The notes: generated by a model from the sequence alone, not told the origin. A stretch of DNA of 32,000 nt from Acaryochloris marina MBIC11017 (GCF_000018105.1 NC_009925.1:2640001-2672000); one strand, 5' to 3'; positions 18,625 to 28,647 are shown, counted from the stretch's first letter. Numbers and translations are program-made.

Positions 18625-19521
18625 ATGACTAAAAGCAACGTTTTCCTAACCCTTGTTTTATCCATTGCTGCTGGCCTCATTACCAGTGCATTCGGGTTTT
18701 GGAGTGTGACTGAGAAAGAATCTGCTTCCACATCAGCCGCCCCTAAAGACCCCACTCCCTCAACTCTCTCCGCTCCCACGCCGGAGAACTTACCTGACGT
18801 GCAGTCAGATATTGTCTTGGCTGATCCAGAGGTTGTCCCCCCGACCGCCCCTCTTACCCCTGAACCAGCCCCTAGTAATCCAGCACCCATTACGCCCCAG
18901 CCCCCTGTTCCTCAGCGTCCTCTGGCTAGCGTTTCTTCTGCCTTTGCGCAACCTAGAGAGGTGAAAGCAACCGTTCATCCCACAAACTACGGAGAACGAT
19001 TCGCCAAAAACGTTCAAGGCCAATCGGTACAAAACAACTGGCTGATTGTTCTTCATGAAACGGTGGGTTCTGGCATGAGCGCCATCCGTCACTTTCAAAC
19101 GCCCCATCCTCGGGATGAAGACCAGGCCAGTTACCATGCCTTAATTTTTCTCGATGGGACTATCGTCTATCTTGTCCCTCCTGAGCATCGAGCCTTTGGT
19201 GCAGGCAACTCCGTATTTATCGGTGCTAATGGTCCTGAAGCCGTCAAAACGAATCCAGACCTACCGGCCTCCGTCAATAACTTCGCCTATCACATTGCCT
19301 TGGAAACTCCGCCGGACGGTAATCACAATGGCCCCAGCCACGGGGGCTATTCAGAGTCTCAGTACCAATCTCTTGCCTGGCTCATTGCCCGCACAGGGGT
19401 TCCCAGCCAACGCATCACCACCCATGCAAAAGTCGATCGTTCTGGCGAGCGATCCGATCCCCGGAGCTTTGACTTTTCCAAATTCAACACCATGCTTCAG
19501 CAGTTCTATGCTCGATCCTAA
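18625..19521 (+). CDS. membrane-anchored N-acetylmuramoyl-L-alanine amidase (Amidase_2/PGRP fold)
   Basis: N-terminal TM helix and a Pro-rich linker. Then LIVLHETVG..., ASYHALI, FAYHIALE, GYSESQYQSLAWLI and TTHAKVDRSGERSDP, typical of AmpD/T7-lysozyme-type amidases. Confidence 0.75.
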   Translation: MTKSNVFLTLVLSIAAGLITSAFGFWSVTEKESASTSAAPKDPTPSTLSAPTPENLPDVQSDIVLADPEVVPPTAPLTPEPAPSNPAPITPQPPVPQRPLASVSSAFAQPREVKATVHPTNYGERFAKNVQGQSVQNNWLIVLHETVGSGMSAIRHFQTPHPRDEDQASYHALIFLDGTIVYLVPPEHRAFGAGNSVFIGANGPEAVKTNPDLPASVNNFAYHIALETPPDGNHNGPSHGGYSESQYQSLAWLIARTGVPSQRITTHAKVDRSGERSDPRSFDFSKFNTMLQQFYARS

Positions 19522-19729
19522 TCTTGTGATTTAACCTAGGATTAATTGCCTAAAAACTTATATGGCATGGCTTTTAGCATTTCTACTCTTTTCATCTTCC
19601 CCACCCTAGGCTGACAACACCGTCAACCACCAGACGATACACTAGCTTAGAGACCAGTCATCCCAATCGCTTTGCCAAAGCACCTCGTCAAGGAACTGGC
19701 CCTGTCGTCTGCCTTTTTTTCTAACTGTC

Positions 19730-21307
19730 ATGGACAATGTGCCTATTATTCGAACGGTGTCAGGACTGCGTCATTTCTTGCGCTGTTTTCCTGGCAACCT
19801 TAATACAGGCGCCAGCCCTTCCAGTACAGTCATTGGTCAGATTGGGTTGGTGCCGACCATGGGAGCATTGCATGCAGGGCATCTCAGCTTGATTCAGCGG
19901 GCTCGCCAAGAAAATCAATGTGTGATTGTCAGCATTTTCGTCAACCCGCTTCAGTTTGCCGCCCATGAAGACCTGACCGAATACCCGCAAACTTTAAATC
20001 AAGACCAAGCCTTATGCCAAGAACAGGGAGTCAATACTATTTTCGCCCCATCTACAGACACCCTTCTCGCCGACGCTCCCCTCACCCAGGTGATTCCGCC
20101 TGCGTCTCTTACAGAATATCTCTGTGGGCCCCATCGCCCCGATCATTTCACCGGGGTAGCAACCATTGTCTTGAAGTTGCTGAATATTGTCCAGCCTACT
20201 CGGGCTTACTTTGGCCAAAAAGATGCGCAACAGCTGGCAATTATTCAGCGTCTGGTTCAGGACTTCAATCTAGATGTCACAATTGTCCCCTGCAAGCTGA
20301 TTAGGGACGCGACAGGCTTAGCTTTAAGTTCTCGCAATCAGTACTTAAATGCCCAAGAAGCACAACAAGCCACCATTTTGCACCACAGTTTGCAAGCTGC
20401 TAGACACACCTTTCAGGGGGGAAGTTGCGATCGCAACTCTGTTCTCGCCACCGTGGCCCAAACATTAGCTAAAGGACCCCAGGTAGAGGTGGAGTATATT
20501 GATCTGGTCGATCCTGTGACGTTACAGCCGTTAGAACAGATCACCACCCAAGGTCTAGTCGCCATTGCCGCCCGGGTCGGCTCGGCCCGATTGATCGACA
20601 ATATGCTTTTGGATGCCCGCTTACCCATCCTGGCCATTGATGGGCCAGCTGGGGCGGGCAAATCAACGGTCACCCGTCGCTGTGCCCAAGCTATAGGATT
20701 GCAATATCTAGACACGGGGGCCATGTATCGCGCCGTCGCTTGGCTGGCCCTAGACCAACAGGTTGAGGTATCAGACCCATTTGCGATCGCAGATCTCGTC
20801 GAAGATTGCCAGATCGAGCTCAAGCCCCATGCAGATCCTCAGCAGCAGCCCCAGGTCTGGGTCAACCACCAGGAGGTCACCCAAGCCATTCGTACTCCAG
20901 ACGTAACAGCACTGGTGTCAGCCGTTGCTGCCCAACCCCCAGTACGAGAAGCTCTCGTTAAACAACAGCAACGATTAGGTCGTCAGGGTGGCCTGATTGC
21001 CGAAGGTCGAGATATTGGCACCAATGTCTTTCCTGACGCAGGCCTCAAAATCTTCTTAACGGCTTCCATTGAAGAACGGGCCCGTCGTCGTCAACAAGAT
21101 CTGAAGAATCAGAACTTACCCCCCCAGACACAATCAGAATTAGAAGACCTGATTGCCAGTCGCGATCAGCAGGACAGCCAACGGGAATTTGCTCCCCTGC
21201 GCAAAGCATACGATGCTGTGGAAATTAATACGGATGGCATGACGATTGAGCAGGTGATCACTCGCATCACCACCCTTTACCAAGAGCGATTTCCAGACAG
21301 AGCATAA
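19730..21307 (+). CDS. panC: bifunctional pantoate--beta-alanine ligase / (d)CMP kinase
   Basis: PanC half: VPTMGALHAGHLSL and FGQKDAQQ. Cmk half, from about codon 295: AIDGPAGAGKST (P-loop at 20642-20665), YLDTGAMYRA and EGRDIGT. Confidence 0.95.
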   Translation: MDNVPIIRTVSGLRHFLRCFPGNLNTGASPSSTVIGQIGLVPTMGALHAGHLSLIQRARQENQCVIVSIFVNPLQFAAHEDLTEYPQTLNQDQALCQEQGVNTIFAPSTDTLLADAPLTQVIPPASLTEYLCGPHRPDHFTGVATIVLKLLNIVQPTRAYFGQKDAQQLAIIQRLVQDFNLDVTIVPCKLIRDATGLALSSRNQYLNAQEAQQATILHHSLQAARHTFQGGSCDRNSVLATVAQTLAKGPQVEVEYIDLVDPVTLQPLEQITTQGLVAIAARVGSARLIDNMLLDARLPILAIDGPAGAGKSTVTRRCAQAIGLQYLDTGAMYRAVAWLALDQQVEVSDPFAIADLVEDCQIELKPHADPQQQPQVWVNHQEVTQAIRTPDVTALVSAVAAQPPVREALVKQQQRLGRQGGLIAEGRDIGTNVFPDAGLKIFLTASIEERARRRQQDLKNQNLPPQTQSELEDLIASRDQQDSQREFAPLRKAYDAVEINTDGMTIEQVITRITTLYQERFPDRA

Positions 21308-21460
21308 TCTTTGTTTTGCCTAGATAGCATCGGTCTTGCCCTGGCGTTCAACCCCCTCTCAGAAGAAGATTCAATTCTTAAGAGGGAATTCTGATTTGCT
21401 CCTTCAGAGGGTGCGGTATGCTATTCCAAATAGCCCCCCGTCCTCAATCTCGGAGTCAGC

Positions 21461-22630
21461 ATGAAACTGGCAGACCGCATTGGTCAGGTGTCTGCATCTT
21501 TGACCTTAGCCATCTCAGCAAAAGCAAAAGCAATGCGGGCTGACGGTATTGATGTTTTAAGTTTTAGTGCTGGCGAACCCGATTTTGATACCCCTGATCA
21601 CATCAAAGCTGCTGCGAAGCAAGCTTTAGATCAAGGAAAAACCAAGTATGGCCCTGCACCAGGCGAGCCCCAACTACGAGCAGCCATTGCCCATAAATTA
21701 CAGCAAGAAAATCGCTTAAATTTCCAAACAGAGAACGTGCTGGTGACAAACGGGGGCAAGCAATCTCTCTATAACTTAATGCAGGTTCTTCTCAATCCTG
21801 GTGATGAGGTGCTTATTCCCGCCCCCTACTGGCTCAGTTATCCCGAAATGGTGAAATTGGCTGGAGGAGTCCCAATCACTCTAGCCACTGATGCTCAAAC
21901 TGGATTTAAAATCACGCCTGCCCAACTGCAAGCAGCTATCACCCCCCAGACGCGTCTTTTAATCCTCAATTCTCCTTCTAATCCCACGGGAATGGTCTAC
22001 ACCCCGGCCGAAATTGCGGCCCTAGCAGAGATTATTGTGGCGGCCAATATTTGGGTCGTATCAGACGAAATCTACGAGAGAATTTTATATGATGGCGCTG
22101 AACAGCTGAGTATAGGCGCAGTGAGTGAGGCCGCCTTTCAACACACGATTATCAGCAATGGATTTGCCAAAGCATATTCAATGACCGGATGGCGGATTGG
22201 GTATCTTGCGGGTCCATTAGAGCTGATTCGAGCCGTGGGGCGCTTGCAAAGCCACAGTACGTCTAATGTTTGCACCTTTGCACAGTATGGTGCCATCGCC
22301 GCCCTTGAAGGGTCGCAAGATTGCGTAGAAACCATGCGCAAAGCCTTTGATCAACGGCGTCAGTTGATGTTTCAGCTTTTGACGGCTATTCCCGGCGTCA
22401 CCTGCCCCCAGCCGCAAGGAGCATTTTATATGTTTCCGGATATTAGCTTTACAGGGTTAGGATCGATTGCATTTTGCGAAGCCTTGCTGGAACAGTGTCA
22501 TGTAGCGGCTGTGCCTGGCATTGCCTTCGGGGCCGACCAATGCATTCGGCTATCCTACGCCACTGACCAAACGAGTATCGAACAAGGCATCGAACGGCTG
22601 GCCCAATTTATCACCACCGTTAGCCGCTAA
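21461..22630 (+). CDS. PLP-dependent aminotransferase class I (aspartate aminotransferase-like)
   Basis: [20 protein letters not shown] and [17 protein letters not shown] (PLP lysine). SD GGAG lies 5 nt upstream. Confidence 0.85.
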   Translation: MKLADRIGQVSASLTLAISAKAKAMRADGIDVLSFSAGEPDFDTPDHIKAAAKQALDQGKTKYGPAPGEPQLRAAIAHKLQQENRLNFQTENVLVTNGGKQSLYNLMQVLLNPGDEVLIPAPYWLSYPEMVKLAGGVPITLATDAQTGFKITPAQLQAAITPQTRLLILNSPSNPTGMVYTPAEIAALAEIIVAANIWVVSDEIYERILYDGAEQLSIGAVSEAAFQHTIISNGFAKAYSMTGWRIGYLAGPLELIRAVGRLQSHSTSNVCTFAQYGAIAALEGSQDCVETMRKAFDQRRQLMFQLLTAIPGVTCPQPQGAFYMFPDISFTGLGSIAFCEALLEQCHVAAVPGIAFGADQCIRLSYATDQTSIEQGIERLAQFITTVSR

Positions 22631-22873
22631 ATTCTATCTCTTGAGCCCTTCTATCTACCTGAAAGTGGCGCGCACATAGCTCTCAAGCCCCAACAAATGT
22701 GTCAAAGCTTAGCAATCTCCGCCGTTGTTTCCGATGAAACGGTATGCTTTGCATAAGATTCACTGATTAATGGATAACTGCTTTGCCCCTCCACTCCTTT
22801 GGGTCAGATGCTCGTATTTTACGGGCGTCGCGAGGCCACCCAAAGCCGTGCTGTTTAGTGGCTTGCCCAACTC

Positions 22874-24970
22874 ATGAAACAACTTCTTTACCTGGAAATT
22901 CCTACGCCGGATCTGGCAGCCGTTCAAACGTGGTTGCATCAGCAAACCGCGAACACGCTGGGCTTAGGCACGAGCGTTGTCACACCCACTACTTCAGGGA
23001 TCCACATCACAGCAGGCTCAGCACAATTAGTTGTATTTCTATGGCAGCATCTAAACACCACCTATTTAAAGGTGATGCAATGGTCAGATCAGCCCTTACC
23101 TGGACAACAAGCTTGGATCCATTCCTTTGAAGCCACACTCAAATCTGCTTTTCCCTACGCTCCCAAACCTTTTCCAGAAATTGATCTAGCTCAAACGGAT
23201 ATTTTTTCTGCTTTAGCCCCACATTATCCACTGACTGCTAAGTACTTCCAGAATATTCCCAATGGTGAGGCAGATTTGCAGCGCGCCTATTGGTGGGAAA
23301 AACGCTGGCGAGATACGGTCAAACTCGGCCCTCAACCGCCTACCGTTCAGCCCATTGTCCATACGGCCCCTCCTGCTGAACCGGATTCAACCTGGGACAT
23401 GGTGATTGTTGGTGGTGCCCTAGGGGCTTTGACCGCAGCGATGATGGCTCGCTTGGGCTACAAAGTGGCTTTAGTGGAGCGCATCAAATTTGGCCGCATG
23501 AACCGGGAGTGGAATATTTCTCGTAGCGAACTCCAAACCCTAGTGGATGTCGGTTTACTGACCGCAGATGAGCTAGAAACGTTAATTGCTCGCGAATACC
23601 ACGATAATTTCAATCTATTTTTTAGCGGCAATAATCCACCGGCCGCTCGATCTTCCGTTCTCTATACGCCGACCGTCCTCAATGTAGCGATGGACTGTGA
23701 TCGGCTGCTGCAGCTTTGTGGAGAAAAACTGCTGGCCGCTGGGGGACAAATCTTTGAATGCACAGAATTTGAGCAAGCCTTTTTAGAATCAGACTCAGTT
23801 ACCGTTCAGGTCCGTGACCTCAACACCGATCACGTGTCTTATATGCAGTCTCGACTGCTAATCGATGCCATGGGGACTGCCTCGCAAATTGCCCAGCAAA
23901 TTAATGGCGGACAGGCTTTTGATAGTGTTTGCCCAACGATTGGTGGCGTGGTTAACAATGGCTTTGATCCAGGCGTCTGGAACCAAAATTATGGTGAGCC
24001 TTTATTCACGAATGGTGATACCAGTCGCGGTCGCCAACTGATCTGGGAAATGTTTCCTGGCGAAGGCAGCGATATCACCATTTATTTGTTCTATTACCAT
24101 CAAATTTCTAAAGAGAATCCCGGTTCACTGCTAGAACTCTTTGAAGATTTCTTTGCCTGTTTGCCAGATTATCGACGCTGCGACTTGGATCAGCTGGAAT
24201 GGCGAAAAGCCGCCTTTGGCTATATTCCAGGACGCTTTAGTCGCAATGCTCAGGATCGGTTACCGGGATGCGATCGCATCCTCTCCATTGGCGATGCCGC
24301 ATCCCTAAATTCTCCGCTGATCTTTACCGGGTTTGGCTCATTAGTCCGCAACCTCCCTCGGGTCACCCATTTATTGCACACCGCACTACAAAATAATCTC
24401 TTGTCCGGCAAAGATCTTGGACTGGTCAATGCTTACCAAGACAATCTGGCCGCCACCTGGATTTTCTCACGCGGGATGATGGCTAAGCCCCAAAGCACCC
24501 TACCCCCCTATTGGATTAACGCCATCCTCAATGCCTTTTTTGGCGTTCTCAGCACCGAACCGCCCGATCAAGTCGATGACTTTATCAAAGATCGCGGGGG
24601 CTGGCTCTTTATGACTCGCACCATTCTAAAAGCGGGCATACGCATGCCCAAAATTCCCTGGTGGGTTACCCGTGCCATTGGCCTAAAAGAATTACTTAGC
24701 TGGGTCCCCACTTACCTCACCTTCACCTGGACCGCCATTCTCGCCTTTCTTTTTAGCGGCTGGTTACCCCAACTTTTACAGCGTTGGCAAGAACCTTTAT
24801 CTCGGCATTGGCCCCATCTATGGCTACAGCTTTTGAGCTGGTGTTACCGTTTAACCTACGGCATGGGTAAGCCCCACCTTCTCTTACGGCTGCCGCCCCT
24901 CAAAGATACACCCGTCAATGCTGAGGTAACCGAGCTTACCAGTGAAACCGTCTCCAGCCTCTCGGGTTAA
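22874..24970 (+). CDS. FAD-dependent oxidoreductase with N-terminal extension and C-terminal membrane segments; possibly a CruA-type lycopene cyclase
   Basis: Rossmann motif DMVIVGGALGALTAAMMARLGYKVALVE, then GDAAS. Hydrophobic C-terminus (WVPTYLTFTWTAILAFLFSGWL). Size and architecture fit my recollection of CruA. The specific function is not verified. Confidence 0.55.
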   Translation: MKQLLYLEIPTPDLAAVQTWLHQQTANTLGLGTSVVTPTTSGIHITAGSAQLVVFLWQHLNTTYLKVMQWSDQPLPGQQAWIHSFEATLKSAFPYAPKPFPEIDLAQTDIFSALAPHYPLTAKYFQNIPNGEADLQRAYWWEKRWRDTVKLGPQPPTVQPIVHTAPPAEPDSTWDMVIVGGALGALTAAMMARLGYKVALVERIKFGRMNREWNISRSELQTLVDVGLLTADELETLIAREYHDNFNLFFSGNNPPAARSSVLYTPTVLNVAMDCDRLLQLCGEKLLAAGGQIFECTEFEQAFLESDSVTVQVRDLNTDHVSYMQSRLLIDAMGTASQIAQQINGGQAFDSVCPTIGGVVNNGFDPGVWNQNYGEPLFTNGDTSRGRQLIWEMFPGEGSDITIYLFYYHQISKENPGSLLELFEDFFACLPDYRRCDLDQLEWRKAAFGYIPGRFSRNAQDRLPGCDRILSIGDAASLNSPLIFTGFGSLVRNLPRVTHLLHTALQNNLLSGKDLGLVNAYQDNLAATWIFSRGMMAKPQSTLPPYWINAILNAFFGVLSTEPPDQVDDFIKDRGGWLFMTRTILKAGIRMPKIPWWVTRAIGLKELLSWVPTYLTFTWTAILAFLFSGWLPQLLQRWQEPLSRHWPHLWLQLLSWCYRLTYGMGKPHLLLRLPPLKDTPVNAEVTELTSETVSSLSG

Positions 24971-25086
24971 ATCAGCTAAATATTCGCCACCGAAGATTTG
25001 GAATTGTCGGTATCCACGCCGTATAGTAAGGCTAATTCCCACGACTATCGCAACATCACTGTAGATATCCTAGGTGAGGAGTTGGT

Positions 25087-25575
25087 ATGGTTTTCCAGCC
25101 TGTGAGCTTCGCAATCAATCCTGTCCAAACTGCCTTAGACAGGTGGTTTCAAAGCTTATCCACCAGTTACCCAGCCCTCTCTTGGATGGTGGGTCACCCT
25201 ATCCTGGCCATCATTAGCCTTTTAGTCCTATTAGCAGTTATCCAAATTCTCTTGGGCTGGATTAGCAGCGGTATCAAACATCTGCTATTCACCATCTTCA
25301 AATCGCCCTATTCTTTGGTGCGATGGTTATTAGGAAAAACGGCAGCCCCCTTAAGTCCTTCCAAACCCAACAAATGGCCTAAAGGTAAAAGCTCAGAACA
25401 GGTCTCAACGCTCCTAAAACGCTTAGACCACCACCACCGAGAACAAGAAAAATTAATCTCAGAGCTGAAGACCCTGATTGCCTTTACCAATTCTGAACCC
25501 CGCCGCATTGAAGGTGCTCAGGACACTTCCACGTCTTCTGCTGATATCCCACCTTCTAAAATTGCATCTCCATAG
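25087..25575 (+). CDS. hypothetical membrane protein
   Basis: Strong SD GAGGAG 5 nt before the ATG. One clear TM helix (ILAIISLLVLLAVIQILLGWI) and a charged coiled tail. Confidence 0.5.
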   Translation: MVFQPVSFAINPVQTALDRWFQSLSTSYPALSWMVGHPILAIISLLVLLAVIQILLGWISSGIKHLLFTIFKSPYSLVRWLLGKTAAPLSPSKPNKWPKGKSSEQVSTLLKRLDHHHREQEKLISELKTLIAFTNSEPRRIEGAQDTSTSSADIPPSKIASP

Positions 25576-25693
25576 TCCGCAAGCTGCAACCCCAACCCCA
25601 TGAGGCAATTTAGAAAGTGTTCTATAGGGGTCTCAATTTAGGGAAGATTTCGATCTAGAATGGTGGCCCAAAGCAGCAGGTAGATGAGTATAA

Positions 25694-25891
25694 ATGACTA
25701 GCCCAACAATCATTTCTAAACCAGCCGCAACTCAGCAGTCTGTTCCCATCAGTTCTATCAACAGCAATGATGCTCGCCTGTTTGAGACTGTCAAGCATGT
25801 CTATAAGTCTGATCACCAAGCTGAATACTTAGAGATTAAAGCCCAAATCGAGTCGCTACTACTGCAACTCCAGACAAACACCCAAGCTTAA
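25694..25891 (+). CDS. hypothetical small protein (65 aa)
   Basis: ORF only. Weak SD and a helical C-terminal half. No family recognised. Confidence 0.3.
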   Translation: MTSPTIISKPAATQQSVPISSINSNDARLFETVKHVYKSDHQAEYLEIKAQIESLLLQLQTNTQA

Positions 25892-26081
25892 TCCTTACAA
25901 ACACAACAAAACTGATTCAACACTCGCCTTGGTGACCTGAGTTACCATAGGCAGTTCCTCCATATATGTTTTAAGCTGAGCGAGTAGCCGTCCCGTCATT
26001 TTAGATTTCGTATCTGATGGAACGGCCATTACTCAACGATAGGTGTAATATTGGTGATGGCCTTTTACTGGCATCCTCACC

Positions 26082-26546
26082 ATGGCTCAAATCTTCCCTG
26101 CAAAGTTGGATTATGAACAGAGCTATCCTTGTCCGGTCTGTCGTAAGGGAAAATTAGACCGCCTAGTTTTAATGGATGCCTTTGCCTGTAGCACCTGCCA
26201 TCACATTTTTTCAGCCAACCTCAACCAGCAATCTATTTGTCTAGCCGATCGAACCCCAGCCCTTGGTTGGCGCTGGACTCGGCAACACTGGCGTCCTCTA
26301 CATCACCCCGATATTGATTTTCCGTTGGGAATCTGGATTCTGTGTGGCGGTCTTACTATACTCCCCCCGACAGTCTTATGGCTTATGCACCATATGTTTC
26401 CACCGTTAGACAGCTCTGCCCATTCCTTTCCGTTACTCTGGATTGGCATCGTGGGCTTCACCCATGGCTTAATCGCCTTATGGGTTTTGGCAGAGTTTTA
26501 CCAGTTACCTCTCTATTTATCCTGGAAGTTTCGCTGGCAATCTTGA
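26082..26546 (+). CDS. hypothetical zinc-ribbon protein with C-terminal TM helices
   Basis: CPVC(x14)CSTC near the N-terminus, then two hydrophobic helices (GIWILCGGLTILPPTVLWL and LLWIGIVGFTHGLIALWVLA). Confidence 0.5.
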   Translation: MAQIFPAKLDYEQSYPCPVCRKGKLDRLVLMDAFACSTCHHIFSANLNQQSICLADRTPALGWRWTRQHWRPLHHPDIDFPLGIWILCGGLTILPPTVLWLMHHMFPPLDSSAHSFPLLWIGIVGFTHGLIALWVLAEFYQLPLYLSWKFRWQS

Positions 26547-27238
26547 GTCGCATAGCTAAGCGAGCCTAACATCTCTAAATCTAACCCAGAGGCTACCTCA
26601 GCCAGTGCTGCTCGATTCGTTGGATCAGACAAATGAGGCACCTGTCCAATCACTGGCACCTGGGTCAAGGCTTGTATCATATCAGCCGGTGCCCATTGCT
26701 GAATTTCTTCCGTGGATAATACCCCCGTAGCATTCAAAACAATGCCTTTTACATCCAGTCCAAACTGTCGTGCTAAAGCCACATGAGCAACCGCTTGCCC
26801 CACACATCCCAATCTAATCGGCACCACTAAGACAATGGGCAATCGCCAATCTCGAGCAATATCCGCCACAATCAACTCATCTGTCACTGGAGAGCCTAAA
26901 CTACCAACCCCTTCAACTAACACCCAGTCAAACTGAGACTGCAACTGTTGAACCGCTTGCCAAGCAGGTAATAAATCCACAACCTGACCAGCTCGTTTTG
27001 CCGCCAAGGGAGGCGCTAGCGGTTGCTCAAAATAAAGAGGGTTCAAGGTTTCCGGGGGCTGGTTCAGATCAAAGACCTCGGTATACCATTCCCGATCTCC
27101 CAATCCAGATTGTACTGGCTTACAGACTGCAATCTTTTCATTTGGTCTATAGATCTGCCAATAGGCCAATAAGGCAGATGTAACAATGGTTTTGCCAATT
27201 TCTGTATCTGAACCACTAATTAAAAGAGTTTGTGCCAC
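26513..27238 (-). CDS. bioD: dethiobiotin synthase
   Basis: LLISGSDTEIGKTIVTSAL (P-loop GxxxGKT), VLVEGVGSLGSPV. GTG start with AGGA upstream. Confidence 0.85.
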   Translation of the reverse strand: MAQTLLISGSDTEIGKTIVTSALLAYWQIYRPNEKIAVCKPVQSGLGDREWYTEVFDLNQPPETLNPLYFEQPLAPPLAAKRAGQVVDLLPAWQAVQQLQSQFDWVLVEGVGSLGSPVTDELIVADIARDWRLPIVLVVPIRLGCVGQAVAHVALARQFGLDVKGIVLNATGVLSTEEIQQWAPADMIQALTQVPVIGQVPHLSDPTNRAALAEVASGLDLEMLGSLSYATQDCQRNFQDK

Positions 27239-27260
27239 AGCACTAATATCCTTAGATTGA

Positions 27261-27716
27261 CTATTTTTTAAGTTGACACACTAACCAATAACTGACCGAT
27301 AGGGAGAATATGGCTGCTGCCAACCCTAACAGATCGAAACCGGACGATTTCGCAAAGTCGAAAATAATCAATTTGCGCGCTACAGCGATTAAAGCAGTGG
27401 CAACCACCAACTGAACCTGAACACCCTGATGATCGAGATAGGCTTGGACATTTTCTAACAGCTCTAAAGCAATCAGGATATTAAGGAATAAGCCAAAAAT
27501 CTCTAGTAGGGTTGACTGAAAGAAGCCAACAGGTTCTGTCCATAATTCCTGAATAACCTTAAATCCAAGATCGAAAAGCGCGAAAAAAATAACAATGATC
27601 AGCGCTAGGGACAAAATCTTAGCAACAGTCCCTTGAAACCAATGCAACACCTGGAGAAAAGACGCATCGCTAAAAACCTTAGCCATACGGTTCGATGTTC
27701 GATTATTTCGCTTCAT
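27261..27716 (-). CDS. PsiE-family (phosphate-starvation-inducible E-like) membrane protein
   Basis: Four TM helices. ILIALELLENV...VATALIAVARKLIIFD...AAAIFSLSVSYWLV parallels the remembered E. coli PsiE sequence FIALIVKYF...GITAIVRLIIVD...AAILLLVITLWL. Confidence 0.55.
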   Translation of the reverse strand: MKRNNRTSNRMAKVFSDASFLQVLHWFQGTVAKILSLALIIVIFFALFDLGFKVIQELWTEPVGFFQSTLLEIFGLFLNILIALELLENVQAYLDHQGVQVQLVVATALIAVARKLIIFDFAKSSGFDLLGLAAAIFSLSVSYWLVCQLKK

Positions 27717-27856
27717 AGGAGATGTTGCGGACCTACTTACGGTAATAAAGGTAACGATGAATCATATTACAGAAACTTGATTCGGTCGCCCTCGCACCAG
27801 ATAATAAAAAAGCTGGAGTAGTACAGTAAATTTATGCTTAGACTCTTAGCCTTTTT

Positions 27857-27886
27857 TTGCTAAGTTTGCTAGATGATCTGTATTAT
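27857..27886 (+). promoter_or_regulatory. candidate sigma70-type promoter for the psaI-like gene
   Basis: TTGCTA (27857-27862), an 18-nt spacer, TATTAT (27881-27886), about 30 nt before the ATG at 27917. Confidence 0.3.
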
Positions 27887-27916
27887 CGTTTTGCCCATTT
27901 TCATAGGACTTTGATT

Positions 27917-28021
27917 ATGATCAGCGACATTTTACCTGCAATTATGACGCCTCTAGTTGTTTTAATCGGTGGCGGAGCTGCTATGACGGCCTTCTTTTAT
28001 TATGTTGAACGTGAAGGATAA
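27917..28021 (+). CDS. psaI: 34-aa single-helix protein, probable photosystem I subunit VIII (PsaI)
   Basis: MISDILPAIMTPLVVLIGGGAAMTAFFYYVEREG aligns without gaps to the remembered PsaI pattern LP.I..P.V......PA..M...F..IE.EG. AGGA lies 8 nt upstream. Not in the ORF track (<60 aa). Confidence 0.5.
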   Translation: MISDILPAIMTPLVVLIGGGAAMTAFFYYVEREG

Positions 28022-28124
28022 TGGATGGGGCTTAATCCATCAACTCATGCCATGTATTTCATATAGCCGACCTTCCTTACTGGACGGCTACGTATAGCAA
28101 GAAGCCATAACAAGCATCTTAACT

Positions 28125-28157
28125 AAAAAGGGGAGTCAGTTAACTGACTCCCCTTTT
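28125..28157. terminator. bidirectional intrinsic terminator
   Basis: AAAAA, then GGGGAGTCAGTT/AACTGACTCCCC (a perfect 24-nt palindrome, 28130-28153), then TTTT. Lies between convergent psaI-like (+) and psbJ (-). Confidence 0.7.
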
Positions 28158-28178
28158 AGATATCGCAAAAATGCTAGC

Positions 28179-28295
28179 TTACAGGGAAGAACCCAAGCCT
28201 GCATATGCTCCATAGAAAAAGAGACCTACAATTGCAATGAGGGCGGTCCCTGCGACTGTCCCTACTAGCCATAATGGAACTTTTCCATCTGCCAC
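28179..28295 (-). CDS. psbJ: photosystem II protein PsbJ
   Basis: (V)[40 protein letters not shown] start 8 nt after AGGAGG (28309-28304). Not in the ORF track. Confidence 0.9.
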   Translation of the reverse strand: MADGKVPLWLVGTVAGTALIAIVGLFFYGAYAGLGSSL

Positions 28296-28386
28296 AGACT
28301 TTTCCTCCTAAAATTACCAGCAAAGTTTATGCATAGAATAGTTTGTTCTCAAAAACGCTTATCAAATGGATAAACGGAATTTTATG

Positions 28387-28503
28387 TTAGTTAAAAAAGT
28401 AGCTTGAGAACAATAAAGCTAAAACAAGAACAAGCAGCAAGCCAATAAAGAGCGATGCACGATTCAACTCTACGGGTTGCTTATTCGGATTGGGTGTTGC
28501 CAT
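28387..28503 (-). CDS. psbL: photosystem II protein PsbL
   Basis: [38 protein letters not shown]. The SD GGAGA overlaps the psbF stop. Confidence 0.9.
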   Translation of the reverse strand: MATPNPNKQPVELNRASLFIGLLLVLVLALLFSSYFFN

Positions 28504-28512
28504 TAACGTCTC

Positions 28513-28647
28513 CTATCTCTGAATGAACTGCATAGCTGCGATTGCACCCAGGAAGAAGGTAACCGGGACACCTAGGGTATGAACAGCCAACCAACGCACT
28601 GTAAAAACTGGATATGTAACCGGTTCTTTTGAAAGTCTACTGGTCAT
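28513..28647 (-). CDS. psbF: cytochrome b559 beta subunit
   Basis: [44 protein letters not shown] (heme-ligand His in WLAVH). Confidence 0.95.
   Translation of the reverse strand: MTSRLSKEPVTYPVFTVRWLAVHTLGVPVTFFLGAIAAMQFIQR

Noticed and set aside
21354-21386. Interrupted hairpin CCCTCT..AAGAA-7nt-TTCTT.AGAGGG after panC-cmk, considered as a terminator.
   Set aside because: It has no following T-run and the stem is interrupted. It is plausible but not strong enough to list as a feature.
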